From a virus: 64,000 bases of DNA. The stretch spans positions 1 through 64,000 of the IMG/VR virus record IMGVR_UViG_3300037478_000449, one strand, 5' to 3'. Positions 1 through 9,728 of this stretch are shown here, piece after piece. Position 1 is the stretch's first letter. Every line of letters starts with the position of its first letter. Under the pieces are notes generated by a model. The model did no database searches. It was not told the origin of the DNA and was given only the letters and a program-made list of their open reading frames with translations. The position numbers and the translations under genes were made by a program.

Positions 1-262
1 CGGCGTGGTCGAGCACCCAGCACACCTCGTCCGGGTCCCGACCCACACCGGTGAGCTGCACCCGGGAGTCGGGGGCGGCGATGCTGCCGGTCAGGTTGGC
101 CCGGACCCGCATGGAGGGGATCACCCACACCACGACGTAGGGGAAGCTCAGCTCAGCGTCCGGCCTGGTGACCTTGCCGTAGAACACGTCCCGGCCCGGC
201 AGCGCTGCGGCAACCAGCGTTTCAACAGCGCGGCCGAACAGGCGGGAGATCTCCTCACTCAT
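1..262 (-). CDS. Putative tail terminator/tail completion protein (runs off window)
   Basis: Manually translated MSEEISRLFGRAVETLVAAALPGRDVFYGKV...FPYVVVW...RVQLTGVG. ATGA overlap with the HK97-gp10 gene. Position fits. Confidence 0.6.
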   Translation of the reverse strand, partial: MSEEISRLFGRAVETLVAAALPGRDVFYGKVTRPDAELSFPYVVVWVIPSMRVRANLTGSIAAPDSRVQLTGVGRDPDEVCWVLDHA

Positions 263-675
263 CCCAGCGCCCCGCCCGCGATGTCCTCCAACGCGGCGAG
301 GAACGACGGCTCAACCTCGTCGAACGCCGGCCCGAGAAACGGCCGGGGCGCCATCTTCCAAGTGCCGAACTCCAGGTGCGGGGCGTAGTTCACTTCCGGG
401 CCGACCTCGGCGGCGACCGGCTCGCCGGGCGCCAGGCCAGTCCCCGACAGTGGCGCCAACTTTGACGAGCCGGAGAACGACGTGTTGATCGAGTTCCGCA
501 GGGCGCCGGTGTCCACGGGCGCCCGTAGCTTCGCCCCGCGCTCGACCGCGAAGGCATGCTTACGTACCGCGTCGCGGACCTTCTTCACCGTAGTGAAGCT
601 GGACAGGTCCATGTCCCGGGCCAGGGTGCGGATCTGATCCACCCCGTCCACGCGGAAGTCGGCCACCGTCGGCAC
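259..675 (-). CDS. HK97 gp10-like neck/tail completion protein
   Basis: APVDTGALRNSI...YAPHLEFGTWKMAPRPFLGPA signature. Confidence 0.9.
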   Translation of the reverse strand: MPTVADFRVDGVDQIRTLARDMDLSSFTTVKKVRDAVRKHAFAVERGAKLRAPVDTGALRNSINTSFSGSSKLAPLSGTGLAPGEPVAAEVGPEVNYAPHLEFGTWKMAPRPFLGPAFDEVEPSFLAALEDIAGGALG

Positions 676-678
676 CTC

Positions 679-1146
679 CTACCGGGCGGTCGGTGGGGCG
701 TCCAGCGCGGTCAGGTCCCGCTGCCACAGCAGCGACCCGGGCACGATGTCGTGCACCCACAGCGGCCGGCCGACCAGATGCGGATCACCCATGCCGGCGT
801 CGCGGTAGCCCAGCACCCGCACCTCGTCACCGACCCTCACCTCCACGGCGTCGACCGGGATGGACACGGTGACGCCGCGGATCGTGACCTGCCGGTCACC
901 GATCGACCGGGTCTGTGACGATTCGCGGGGGCGTTGCAGCCTGGCCCAGCCGGTCCACACGGTGGCCGGATCCGTGAAGGTGGTCTGCCCGGTGTCCGGG
1001 TCGAAGCTGGAACCGGCGGCGGTGTGGCGCAGGATCCGCACCTGCGCGGTCATGGCCTGCTCGGCGGTAGGTCGGTGCCGCACATCCCAGCCGCCGGGGA
1101 TCATCTGGTGGCCGGGGAGCCCACCCGCCCCGGGCAACCCGGGCAC
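679..1146 (-). CDS. Head-to-tail stopper (DUF6093-like)
   Basis: FDPDTG...VWTGWARLQ...VSIPVDAVEVRVGDEV. Position after the adaptor. GTG start at 1146 preferred over 1179. Confidence 0.7.
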   Translation of the reverse strand: MPGLPGAGGLPGHQMIPGGWDVRHRPTAEQAMTAQVRILRHTAAGSSFDPDTGQTTFTDPATVWTGWARLQRPRESSQTRSIGDRQVTIRGVTVSIPVDAVEVRVGDEVRVLGYRDAGMGDPHLVGRPLWVHDIVPGSLLWQRDLTALDAPPTAR

Positions 1147-1148
1147 GG

Positions 1149-1799
1149 TCAGACCCCGGTCGGGCGGTAGGCGGCCCACGGGTCATAGTTGACGATCTCC
1201 AGACCCCACGGGGCCTCATCGTCGCCGACCTCGTCATCCTGCCGGCGCAGCTCCCGCGCCCGCTCCCGCAGCTCTTTCGCCACGGCCGGCCCGTCGGTCT
1301 GTAGGTCCAGGGTGCGGATCTTCTTCGACACCAACGCCTCACTGGAGGCGATGGTGTCCAGCGCCTGGGCGGCGGCGCGGCGGACCCGGCCGCCCTCCAT
1401 GTCCAGCAGCGCCTGCACCTGGGCGTCGGACAGCAGCGGCGACACCTCGTCCAGGTCAACGGCGAGCAGCCGCACCCGGCCGATGTCGGTGGCCGGGTCT
1501 ACGGTGATCGGCGGCAGACCGAGCAGTGACCGCTGGACGACGATGCTGCCCTCGACCGCACCGGTGGCGGTGCCGGACGCGGCCAACGCCCACACGTGCC
1601 GGCCCGGGTCGGTGGGGGTGTACGACGCCCGGTACAGGCTTTCGGCGGGGACGGCCGTGACCAGCATCGGGTCGGTGGTCCCGTCCGGGAGTCGCACCTG
1701 GCCGGTCACGGTCGCGTCGGTGACCGGGTCGCCGTCCACGTCCGTCACGGACCAGTCGACTACCAGGGTTGTGCCGGCCCAGTGCGTGGTGGCGGTCAC
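1149..1799 (-). CDS. Head-to-tail adaptor with N-terminal Ig-like domain
   Basis: C-half DIGRVRLL...LLSDAQVQALL...RAAAQALDTIAS is typical of actinophage adaptors. N-half is beta-rich (YRASYTPTDPGRHVW). Confidence 0.75.
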   Translation of the reverse strand: MTATTHWAGTTLVVDWSVTDVDGDPVTDATVTGQVRLPDGTTDPMLVTAVPAESLYRASYTPTDPGRHVWALAASGTATGAVEGSIVVQRSLLGLPPITVDPATDIGRVRLLAVDLDEVSPLLSDAQVQALLDMEGGRVRRAAAQALDTIASSEALVSKKIRTLDLQTDGPAVAKELRERARELRRQDDEVGDDEAPWGLEIVNYDPWAAYRPTGV

Positions 1800-4700
1800 C
1801 GGACACTCACCTCCCGGGTGGTGGAGCGGGCAGACCAGCCGCCGGTGGTGGAGCGGACGGTGACCCGGCCGCGGGCTGCCTGACCAGTCAGCTCCGCCCG
1901 CCCGGCGGTGTGCCCGTGCGCGGTGTCGGCGGCGGTGATCTGGTGCAGTTGCGTCAGAGCGGCCTGGTCGGCGGCGTGGGCGTGGACCGCTGCCGCCACA
2001 GTGACCGTGTGCACCTGCACCAGAGCCGACGAACCCGCGGTGTGGCCGTGCGCGGCGTCGGCCGGGAGCAGTGTGGTGCCACCGGCCAACGTCGGGGAGT
2101 CTGCCGTCTGGCCGTGGCCAGCGTCCGCAGCGGTCAGCTCGTGGACCTGGGTCAGGTCGGGCGGCTCGGCCACCTGCCCGTGGGAGGTGCCGCCGGTGGC
2201 CACCTCGTGGGTCTGGGTAAGCGCAGGCCCTGCGGCGGTGTGCCCGTGGGTGGTGCTGTCCGCGGCGAGGGTCTGCCCGGAGGCCAGCGTCGCCTGGTCG
2301 GCGGCCTGCCCGTGCACGGCGCTGGCCGGTGCCAGCTCATGCACCTGCGCCAGAGCCGGCGCGTCAGCGGTGTGGCCGTGCGCCGAACCGGCCAGGGTCA
2401 GCTGGTGGTCCTGGGTCAGGGCCGCAGGATCAGCGGCGTGGCCGTGGGTGGCGTTGTCGGTGAGCAGGTCCCCGGCGCCGGTCAGGGCCACCTGGTCGGC
2501 GGTGTGGCCATGGGTGGTGTCGCCGCTGGCCAACTGGTGGACCTGGGTCAACGCGGCCGCGTCAACGCCCTGCCCGTGGGCGCCGCTGTCCGGGGTGAGG
2601 GCATGGGCCTGGTCCACCGCGGGCTGGTCAGCCGTGTGTCCGTGGGATGCGCTGGCCGGGGTGAGCTGGTGAACCTGAGCCAGGGCCGGCTGGTCCGCGG
2701 TGTGGCCGTGGCCAGCGTCGGCCGGGACCAACTCGTGTGTCTGGGTGATCGCCGGCTGGTCTGCTGTGTGGCCGTGTGAGCTGTCGGCCGGAGCGACCGC
2801 AACCGCCGCTTCGCCGAACGTGAACCCGGGGATCGGGTCGTCGGTGACCACCGTCGACCCGGCCAGGGCCGTCTGGTCCGCGCCGTTGCCGGCCTGGTCG
2901 TCGACCGCCGTGGTGGTGGCGGCCTGGTCGAACCGCCACAGCGCGGCCGGTGCCGATGACTGCCAGTCGGCGTAGTCCGAGGTCAGCGCCTCCAGCGCCC
3001 CGTCGGACAGGACACTGCCCCAGGCAGCCATTACCCCGTACCGGCCGCGGAAGACCCAGCCGTCCTCCTCCATGAACCGGGTCTGCGCCCGGTCGCATGT
3101 CTGGTCGTCGTTGTCGACCGTGCCAGCGGAGTCGACATGCGTCCACGAGTCGGCGCCTACGGCTAGCACACCCTTGTGGTAGCGGACGGCCGTGGTACCG
3201 GCGGCCTTGGTCCAGGCGACCAGCACCCACCCGTCGGCGGCGGTCCACGACGGACCAGCACCCGGCGACTGGAACTGGCCGCGGAGGTAGTCCATCTGGT
3301 CGGCGTCGGTGTACCGGAAAAACCCGCGGCTGCCGTCCAAACCGGCGGCGAGGTCCAGCACCGCGCCCTGGTCGGCTGGGGTGCCGATCCGCCGGCAGAT
3401 CGCGGCGACCGTGAACGCGCCCTGTAGCAGGGTGGCCAGCCCGCCGGTGCCGATCGCCCAGGTCACGAACTCGGCGGAGGTGAACTCGCGGACCAGGCCG
3501 GTGCCCTGCTCGACCACTACCGCCTGGTCTGCGGCATGGCCGTGCGCGGCGTCGGCAGCGGTTATCTCGTGGGTCTGCGTCAGGGCAGGCTCGGCGGCGG
3601 CATGGGAGTGGGTGGCAGCAGTGGGGGCCAGCTCATGCGCCTGAGCCAGCGCGGGGGAACCGGCCGCATGCCCGTGGCTGGTGCTGTCGGGGGCTAGCGT
3701 GTGGACGGTGCTGACCGTCGGCTGGTCTGCTGTGTGGCCGTGCGCCGCGTCGGCTGGGGCCAGCGTATGGACCTGCGTCAGCGCCGGCTGATCCGCGGTG
3801 TGCCCGTGGGTGGTGTCGGCCGGGGTGACATCGGTGGGTATCGCGACTGCAAGCTCAAAGTCGGCGAACGAGTCAGCCGAGTTGACGTCCACCGACATCG
3901 CCCGGTTGCCGCCGCCGGACGTCTTGCCGAACTCCAGCACCAACGCCAGCCGGTCACCGGCCGCCCACGTCGTAGACAGCACGAACGTAGAGATCTTGAT
4001 ACCGGTGGTGGTCTGAGTGCCGGAGTACGTCGACGTGGCCTGCTCCACGCCGGACGAGTCCAGCCGCACCACCCGCCATCGATACTGAGCGTTAGCCGAG
4101 ATCGTCGCCACGCTCAGCTGAGTGGAGATGGTGGCCGCGCCTACCGCGTCCCCTACGGTGCGCTGCCAGCGGAGCACCTCGGTGAAGCCGCCCGCGCTGA
4201 CGTTTCCGGAACTCAGCGTCGTTGGGGTGCCCTCAGTTTCCGACAGGTCGTACACCGCGCCGCCGGTGCCCAGCTCCGTCTGCGCGTTGCGTAGGAAGTT
4301 GCGCAACGTGACCGCGATGCCGGTGTCCTCGTACTGGAAGTCGAGGTCGGTGGCGTCTGTAGGCGTGCCGACGTTGTAGGACAGCTCGTCGGCCCGGTTG
4401 AGCGTAAAGTCCTCGATGGAGTATGCGGCGTCGGCCTGGTCGAACGCCCACCCGGCGGTCGGGGCCGCGTCCCGCCAGTTGTTGAGGTGGTCTTCCAGCC
4501 CGGCCGCCACGATCTCAGCGTCCCCGAACGTATCCGCGGCCCACGGCAGCTCGTTGGCCCAGACCGCCATGGCGGCCAGGTCGGAACCCGGACCCCAGCC
4601 GAACGTGATGTCGGACGTACTCCAGGTGCCACCGGTCGGAGCTGTCCAGTCGGAGAACGTACCCGCGGTGACGGCGTGGGTCCAACCGCTGACAACGTTC

Positions 4701-5020
4701 AGCAAACTGAACCGGACCTGAGCCGTTCCAGTCACCTTGCGGACTATCAGCGCGTGCCAATCACCAGCGGTGACGGTCGGCCCGTTGCCGCCCGAGCCGC
4801 CGGAGTGCCACTGAACCTTGTTGGCCGTGCTGAGGGCGATCTTCCCGACCTGAGCGCCGGTCGAGTCGTAGGCCGCCAGCAAAGTCCTGTTTGTCGAGTC
4901 GTAGGCAGCCAGCGGCCGGAACAAGAACGCGACCGTGCCGAAGGCGAAGTCGTCAACGCCGCCGAACCCGGCGGCGAAGACAACGTCGTCGTCAGCGTCC
5001 AGCCTCCGGACGGTCGGCAC
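1796..5020 (-). CDS. Large virion fibre/appendage protein with two LamG/ConA-like domains and 22-aa His-rich repeats
   Basis: 1074 aa. Two beta-sandwich-like segments (TVAF...WHALIV...MAVW; FTVAAI...WVLVAW...MAAW...LWRFD) and 19 repeats of LxPADxxHGHTADQPALTQVHx. Confidence 0.7.
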   Translation of the reverse strand: MPTVRRLDADDDVVFAAGFGGVDDFAFGTVAFLFRPLAAYDSTNRTLLAAYDSTGAQVGKIALSTANKVQWHSGGSGGNGPTVTAGDWHALIVRKVTGTAQVRFSLLNVVSGWTHAVTAGTFSDWTAPTGGTWSTSDITFGWGPGSDLAAMAVWANELPWAADTFGDAEIVAAGLEDHLNNWRDAAPTAGWAFDQADAAYSIEDFTLNRADELSYNVGTPTDATDLDFQYEDTGIAVTLRNFLRNAQTELGTGGAVYDLSETEGTPTTLSSGNVSAGGFTEVLRWQRTVGDAVGAATISTQLSVATISANAQYRWRVVRLDSSGVEQATSTYSGTQTTTGIKISTFVLSTTWAAGDRLALVLEFGKTSGGGNRAMSVDVNSADSFADFELAVAIPTDVTPADTTHGHTADQPALTQVHTLAPADAAHGHTADQPTVSTVHTLAPDSTSHGHAAGSPALAQAHELAPTAATHSHAAAEPALTQTHEITAADAAHGHAADQAVVVEQGTGLVREFTSAEFVTWAIGTGGLATLLQGAFTVAAICRRIGTPADQGAVLDLAAGLDGSRGFFRYTDADQMDYLRGQFQSPGAGPSWTAADGWVLVAWTKAAGTTAVRYHKGVLAVGADSWTHVDSAGTVDNDDQTCDRAQTRFMEEDGWVFRGRYGVMAAWGSVLSDGALEALTSDYADWQSSAPAALWRFDQAATTTAVDDQAGNGADQTALAGSTVVTDDPIPGFTFGEAAVAVAPADSSHGHTADQPAITQTHELVPADAGHGHTADQPALAQVHQLTPASASHGHTADQPAVDQAHALTPDSGAHGQGVDAAALTQVHQLASGDTTHGHTADQVALTGAGDLLTDNATHGHAADPAALTQDHQLTLAGSAHGHTADAPALAQVHELAPASAVHGQAADQATLASGQTLAADSTTHGHTAAGPALTQTHEVATGGTSHGQVAEPPDLTQVHELTAADAGHGQTADSPTLAGGTTLLPADAAHGHTAGSSALVQVHTVTVAAAVHAHAADQAALTQLHQITAADTAHGHTAGRAELTGQAARGRVTVRSTTGGWSARSTTREVSVR
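1880..2800 (-). repeat. ~14 tandem degenerate 66-bp coding repeats (HGHTADQ)
   Basis: Recurrent GGTGTGGCCGTG on + strand at 66-bp period. A second block of ~5 lies at ~3520-3835. Confidence 0.85.
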
Positions 5021-5031
5021 AGGTCAGACCC

Positions 5032-5346
5032 CTACCGCAGCGCCTCAACAGCGGGCGCGAAGGAGCGGAAGTTGTTGGCGGTGGCCAAAGCCTCTTCGCC
5101 CAGGTAGATCCGCCGCAGCTGCGCGTACTGGTTGCTCACCGTGCCGACCAGGTTCGCGTCCGGTGCGTCGACCGTGTCGTCGGGGTCAAAGTCGAAGTTC
5201 GCGACCAGTCCCGCGACTCCCTCCGCCTGAAAGAACGCGTCGAACTGTTCGATCTCATCGAACACTTCCCGCAGCCGCACCGAGATCGAGCCGATCTTCG
5301 TGTTGATCTGGGTCTTGTCAAGCAGTGCCTTGAATCCAGCGGCCAT
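5032..5346 (-). CDS. Hypothetical protein (possible fibre-associated)
   Basis: Clean ORF with GAGGAGG RBS. Confidence 0.7.
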   Translation of the reverse strand: MAAGFKALLDKTQINTKIGSISVRLREVFDEIEQFDAFFQAEGVAGLVANFDFDPDDTVDAPDANLVGTVSNQYAQLRRIYLGEEALATANNFRSFAPAVEALR

Positions 5347-5416
5347 CCCATCCTCCTCAGGTGACGGTGATTTTGGTGCGGGGACTTAGGAGACAGGTAT
5401 GCAAACGACGAAGACC

Positions 5417-5812
5417 TTAAGGAGTCGGATCGGCTACCTCCACTGCCCAAGCGCCCACGTTGGCGGTGTTGCCGTTGGTGACGGCTTGACTAGCGCAGGT
5501 AGTGACGTAGCGCAGCAGGTCCGTCGCGCCGCCGGTGGCGAGCACGACGTGCCCCGCGGTCCCGTCCGCCACAACAGACGCGCCGTTCTGCGCGGTCACG
5601 GTGATCTTCCGGCCGGACACGTCCCCGTCGGCGATCACGAAGTCCCCGTTACCATCGCCCGGCGTCAGCTCGATCGGGCCGACCAGGATCGCAGCACCCG
5701 CGCCAAGGTCGGCGTAGTTGCTCGGCTCGTTGTCGGTCACGAACATCTCGTCCGCCAGCGCGATCACGGCCAGCATGCCGTCGATAGTCGCGTTCGGTGC
5801 TGCCTTGCCCAT
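5417..5812 (-). CDS. Small virion structural protein preceding fibre genes
   Basis: Beta-rich acidic 131 aa (DGDVSGRKITV...GTAGHVVL) in the structural operon. Confidence 0.6.
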   Translation of the reverse strand: MGKAAPNATIDGMLAVIALADEMFVTDNEPSNYADLGAGAAILVGPIELTPGDGNGDFVIADGDVSGRKITVTAQNGASVVADGTAGHVVLATGGATDLLRYVTTCASQAVTNGNTANVGAWAVEVADPTP

Positions 5813-5815
5813 GGC

Positions 5816-7333
5816 TCAGATCTCCTCGGATGATGTGGCGTGGCGGATGCTGACCGGGGCGATGGGCACCTCGGCGACGTCGGCAGCTGAGGCGATCGGG
5901 GTGAGTCGGGCTACGACACCCTTGCGCGGCTTGTCCCGCTGCCGTTCGGCGTCCAGGGCCTGCCGTGCCCGGGCCGGGTTGTCGCCGACCCAGGCCAGCA
6001 CGTCGCCGGCGGTACCGTCCGGCACACCGTCCGGGCTGCCGGCCGGTGGCGGGGCTGGTTCGGTGGCCTCCACCGCCGACGGTGACACCACCTCGGCCGG
6101 GGTTTCGGCTGGGCGCTTGGGCCGCGGTGAGGCCAGATCCTCAGGCTCGGCCGGACGCACCCCACGGCGGCGCATCCACGGCGACTGCAAGTGCGCGATC
6201 GCCCCGCGGGTGGTCACATCGGCCACACCCACCACACCGATCGCGGTCTCCGTGGCGCGGAACCGGACCCCGATCGTGGGGACGCTCAACTCCGGGTACT
6301 TGACACTGACAAACTTCACTGTCGTCTCCTCTGGCCGGTCCGGTCTGACCGCGTGCAGCTTCCGTGGTGGTCCGTCCGCCAGCTCTTGCAGCAGTTCGGC
6401 GTGCAGCTTCCCGCCGTGGCCGCGGTGCTCGGCGGGAAGCACCTCAAGCGAGAACTGGTGCTCCCGATCGGTGATCCCGGCCGCGGCGGCGGCCTCGGCG
6501 GCGGCGGCGAACTCGCCCGGGCCGGTGGCGTGCCAGCCAACCGCCTCCCGGTACACCCGGGCCTCCAGGGTGCTGCCCTGCGCCCGGGTCAGGTTCCGCC
6601 GGGCAGTGATCCAGTCGGCGAACACGACCGGAACATCGACGCACCAGGCTTCGTACATGGTGGACCCGCCGTCGCCGAGCACCACGTCCGCGCCCACATA
6701 CTCGGCGAGGGTGGCCTGCTGCTGCGGATGGTGCCGGGGGTGCGGCGCCTCCACGACCAGAAACCGGTCGCAGTCCAGGAGTCCCAGCAGCTCGTCACGG
6801 TGCCACCAGGTGGTGGCCTGCGCCCCCGGTGCCCGCCGGTTCCCCCGCCGGTGGATCTCACTCCCGCCGCCGTGGGTCGGTGCCCACAGCACCCGGATCC
6901 GCCCGTCACGCTCCGGCCACGGGCAGGCGACGTCACCCCGGTGGATCGGGTCCAGCTTCGGATAGCCGACCGTGCGGATCATCGACCGTGGAACGCCTGA
7001 GCGGTGGATCTCCGCCGCCAGCGCCGGTCCGGGTGCGACCACGTGCGTGAACCTCGCGCAGGCTGCGGCGTCCCGGTACGTTTTGCTGGCGATGCCGTGG
7101 GACAGCAGCACCGACGCGTGCTCACCCTGCCACCGGTCGGCCCGGTACCGGCCACGATGGTTCATGTAGGCGTTGACCGCACCCGGCTCCGGCTGGCGGG
7201 CAATCTCCGCCGACCCGGCGGGTAGTGCGTCGAGGATCGGCCGCAGGTACCGGTCGCCCTGCCCGCCGGGGATCAGCCTGTCGGCCGTGGCGTCCCACGA
7301 CGTGGAGTTGGCGCACAGCACGATCTGTCTCAC
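5816..7333 (-). CDS. TagF/TagB-like CDP-glycerol glycerophosphotransferase (GT-B) fused to a capsid-region small protein
   Basis: SHGI..K, VGYPKLD, VLWAPTH, APHPR, ADVVLGDGGSTMYE..VDVPVVF motifs. GTGA overlap with the upstream methyltransferase. Internal GAGGAG+GTG at 6319. Confidence 0.75.
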   Translation of the reverse strand: MRQIVLCANSTSWDATADRLIPGGQGDRYLRPILDALPAGSAEIARQPEPGAVNAYMNHRGRYRADRWQGEHASVLLSHGIASKTYRDAAACARFTHVVAPGPALAAEIHRSGVPRSMIRTVGYPKLDPIHRGDVACPWPERDGRIRVLWAPTHGGGSEIHRRGNRRAPGAQATTWWHRDELLGLLDCDRFLVVEAPHPRHHPQQQATLAEYVGADVVLGDGGSTMYEAWCVDVPVVFADWITARRNLTRAQGSTLEARVYREAVGWHATGPGEFAAAAEAAAAAGITDREHQFSLEVLPAEHRGHGGKLHAELLQELADGPPRKLHAVRPDRPEETTVKFVSVKYPELSVPTIGVRFRATETAIGVVGVADVTTRGAIAHLQSPWMRRRGVRPAEPEDLASPRPKRPAETPAEVVSPSAVEATEPAPPPAGSPDGVPDGTAGDVLAWVGDNPARARQALDAERQRDKPRKGVVARLTPIASAADVAEVPIAPVSIRHATSSEEI

Positions 7334-7959
7334 GGTCGCCGCCGGACGATCAGCACACCCCGCCGGTCGGCATGCTTCGACCAGGCCCGCCGCCGGCCGG
7401 GCCAGTCCCACCCCGGGCTGTCGAGCACCCGGGCAGCACCTGCGGCTACCCCGTACAGCGGGTTGCACACGTCGTGGAGCACCACCACCCCGGCCGGGGC
7501 GATGTGCGGCACCCACGCGGCCAGGTCGGTGGCGACCTCGTCGGCGCCGTGGCCGGCGTCATGCCACAGCAACCCCACCACCGGCCCGCGCCACCCGGCA
7601 GCCACCTCCGCGGCGTAGCCGCGTATCACGGTCAGCTCCGCATCGGTGGCACCGACCCTGGTCATGTGCGCTTGGAACGCCTCCCATGCGGCCACGCCGG
7701 TGCCTTCCACCTGGCCCACGTAGTCACCCGTGCGGGTCTCCCACGGGTCCACGGTGGTCACATGCGCGCCGTGGCCCCGTTGGGCACCGGCGAGCAGCCA
7801 GCCGGTGGACCGGCCCCGGAACGCCCCCAACTCGACGATCGCCTGGTCGGCGGGCACCCGCGCCGCGAGCCGCCGCAGGATCCGGCAGGCGGAGCGTTCG
7901 ACCAGTCCCTGCGCCCGGACACCCGCACGCCAGGTGGTCGCGGCAGCGGTGTCGATCAC
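7330..7959 (-). CDS. Class I SAM-dependent methyltransferase (Methyltransf_24-like)
   Basis: IVELGAFRGRST, TVDPW, LWHDAGH, GVVVLHD. Confidence 0.85.
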   Translation of the reverse strand: MIDTAAATTWRAGVRAQGLVERSACRILRRLAARVPADQAIVELGAFRGRSTGWLLAGAQRGHGAHVTTVDPWETRTGDYVGQVEGTGVAAWEAFQAHMTRVGATDAELTVIRGYAAEVAAGWRGPVVGLLWHDAGHGADEVATDLAAWVPHIAPAGVVVLHDVCNPLYGVAAGAARVLDSPGWDWPGRRRAWSKHADRRGVLIVRRRP

Positions 7960-8138
7960 CGCGCCGCCTTCCGTAGCCGGCCTGGTGCGGGTTCGGTGAC
8001 CAGCCGCTGCCGGCCCACGACCTGCGGCGGGTCCTGGACAAGCCCCGCACGTAGGGTGCGCAGCTCATCCAGGATCGCCGCCAGGTACTGGTCGGTAGAA
8101 CTCGACGGCTCAGGAAGCCGCCGCTGGCCGGAGTCCAC
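7956..8138 (-). CDS. Hypothetical protein
   Basis: Short coupled ORF after the capsid gene. Confidence 0.55.
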   Translation of the reverse strand: MDSGQRRLPEPSSSTDQYLAAILDELRTLRAGLVQDPPQVVGRQRLVTEPAPGRLRKAAR

Positions 8139-8143
8139 CAGGG

Positions 8144-9352
8144 TCAGCTCTCAGACGGCACGCCGGTCGAGGCCACCGCAGACTTCGGGTCCATCCGAGT
8201 CCCGCCCAGCGTGTGCCTCACCTTCCACTCCACGCTGTCGGTGTCGAAGTCGCCGTCCATCGGGTCCACCGCACCCCCACCCACACGGGTCGCGTTCGGG
8301 TGCTTCTGGAACAGCTCCGGGCTCTCGTGTCCGATGAGGAACCCGATCTCCGCCGCCGGCCGGCCCGCGTCCGGGGACGCGAACAGATACCATGCGGTCG
8401 AGCCGGTGGTGGTGTCGACGATCGGCAGCCACGGGTTGACGACCAGCTCCACCGCGTTGCGCATCCAGTTCGTCGCACGCACCTGGTCCGACCCCTGACC
8501 GGTCTGGTTCCCCGGGCCGGATCCGGCCGCGCCGATGATCTCGATCGCGTTGAGGATGTTCCGTGCCGTCACCGCCAGGGACGGCGGGACGACCAGGGTC
8601 GCCGCCTCGACGAAGATCGGCGCGCCGTCGGTGTCCAGCTGCTCACCGAACAGGGTGAACGCGGCCTGCAAGCCGGGAATCGACAGTGCCTCGTCGGTCA
8701 GGTTGGCGTTGCCGGCGGAGAAGTACGGCGACACCGGACCCGTTGCGGCCGCGTACAGGGCGGTGACGAAACGCTCCTCGGTGCGGCGGGCGGCGTTGCC
8801 CAGCCGGCGGGGAATGTCCGCGAACGCGTCCAGGTCGTCGTTGATCAGCGTCTCCCACGCCAGCGGCACCCGCCGGCCGTGCTTACGCACCGCGTACTCG
8901 AACTTGCCGTCGGCCAGCGGCGACGCCGGGTACTCCGACTGCTGCCCAACCTCGTCCAGGACCGCCTCGGAACCGTCCAGAGTGAACCGCTTGACGGTGC
9001 GGAAGTCCCTCACCCGGCCACGGCGTGCCAGCCGGGACCAGTTCACGGGCATCTGCTGGTAGGCGGCCAGCATCTGCCGGTCGATGATGTCGCCGAACAG
9101 CAGCTGGAAGTCGGAGGTGACCATCGCCTCCTGGAAGTTCAACGCGGCCCGCTTGGAGCCCTTGATGACCTGGGTGTACAGGTTGAGCGCTTCGATGAAC
9201 GCCCGCTGGTAGGCGAGGGACGGGCCGTTGCGACGTGCCCGGGCACGCCCGGACACGCTCACACCCTCCCCGCCGTACAGTGCCTGCTGGGACGCCTGCT
9301 CGGCGGTGTACGAGGCCACCTCCGGCAGGGCGTCAAGAACCGTGCTTCGCAT
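8144..9352 (-). CDS. Major capsid protein (Mu gpT-like/HK97 fold)
   Basis: TSDFQLLF, VRDFR, WETLINDDLDAF, LVVPPSL, DFDTDSVEWKVRH. Confidence 0.9.
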   Translation of the reverse strand: MRSTVLDALPEVASYTAEQASQQALYGGEGVSVSGRARARRNGPSLAYQRAFIEALNLYTQVIKGSKRAALNFQEAMVTSDFQLLFGDIIDRQMLAAYQQMPVNWSRLARRGRVRDFRTVKRFTLDGSEAVLDEVGQQSEYPASPLADGKFEYAVRKHGRRVPLAWETLINDDLDAFADIPRRLGNAARRTEERFVTALYAAATGPVSPYFSAGNANLTDEALSIPGLQAAFTLFGEQLDTDGAPIFVEAATLVVPPSLAVTARNILNAIEIIGAAGSGPGNQTGQGSDQVRATNWMRNAVELVVNPWLPIVDTTTGSTAWYLFASPDAGRPAAEIGFLIGHESPELFQKHPNATRVGGGAVDPMDGDFDTDSVEWKVRHTLGGTRMDPKSAVASTGVPSES

Positions 9353-9361
9353 GGTGGCTCC

Positions 9362-9727
9362 TCAGTGTCCGAGCTTGACGGGGATGGTTGCGGTGGCGCC
9401 GTTGTCGACGGCACCCAGGGCGTAGCCGAAGATGACGTTGCCGCTGGCGGAGTTGTTGAGCCCTTCGTCGCCGGCGTCGTAGTAGAGCCGGTCGCCGATG
9501 CCGACCGCGGCGGCTTCCGCCTCCACGGGCAGGTCGTACACGCCGTTGGTCTTCACCGTGATGGTGTCGACACCGGCGCCGTTGGCGTAGATGTCGGTCA
9601 GCGCCACGGCAGGCAGCGCGTCGCCGACCAGCAGCGCGTCGCCGGACTCCGGAGTAGCCGGCTCGGTCACATCGGCCGCGGGGACGGTGAACTGGTCGCC
9701 GTGGTTGAACATCTGGTTGGTAGCCAT
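9362..9727 (-). CDS. Capsid cement/decoration protein (DUF2190-like)
   Basis: SGDALLVG...GVYDLP...GDRLYYD...FGYAL...VKLG. Confidence 0.8.
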   Translation of the reverse strand: MATNQMFNHGDQFTVPAADVTEPATPESGDALLVGDALPAVALTDIYANGAGVDTITVKTNGVYDLPVEAEAAAVGIGDRLYYDAGDEGLNNSASGNVIFGYALGAVDNGATATIPVKLGH

Positions 9728-9728
9728 G

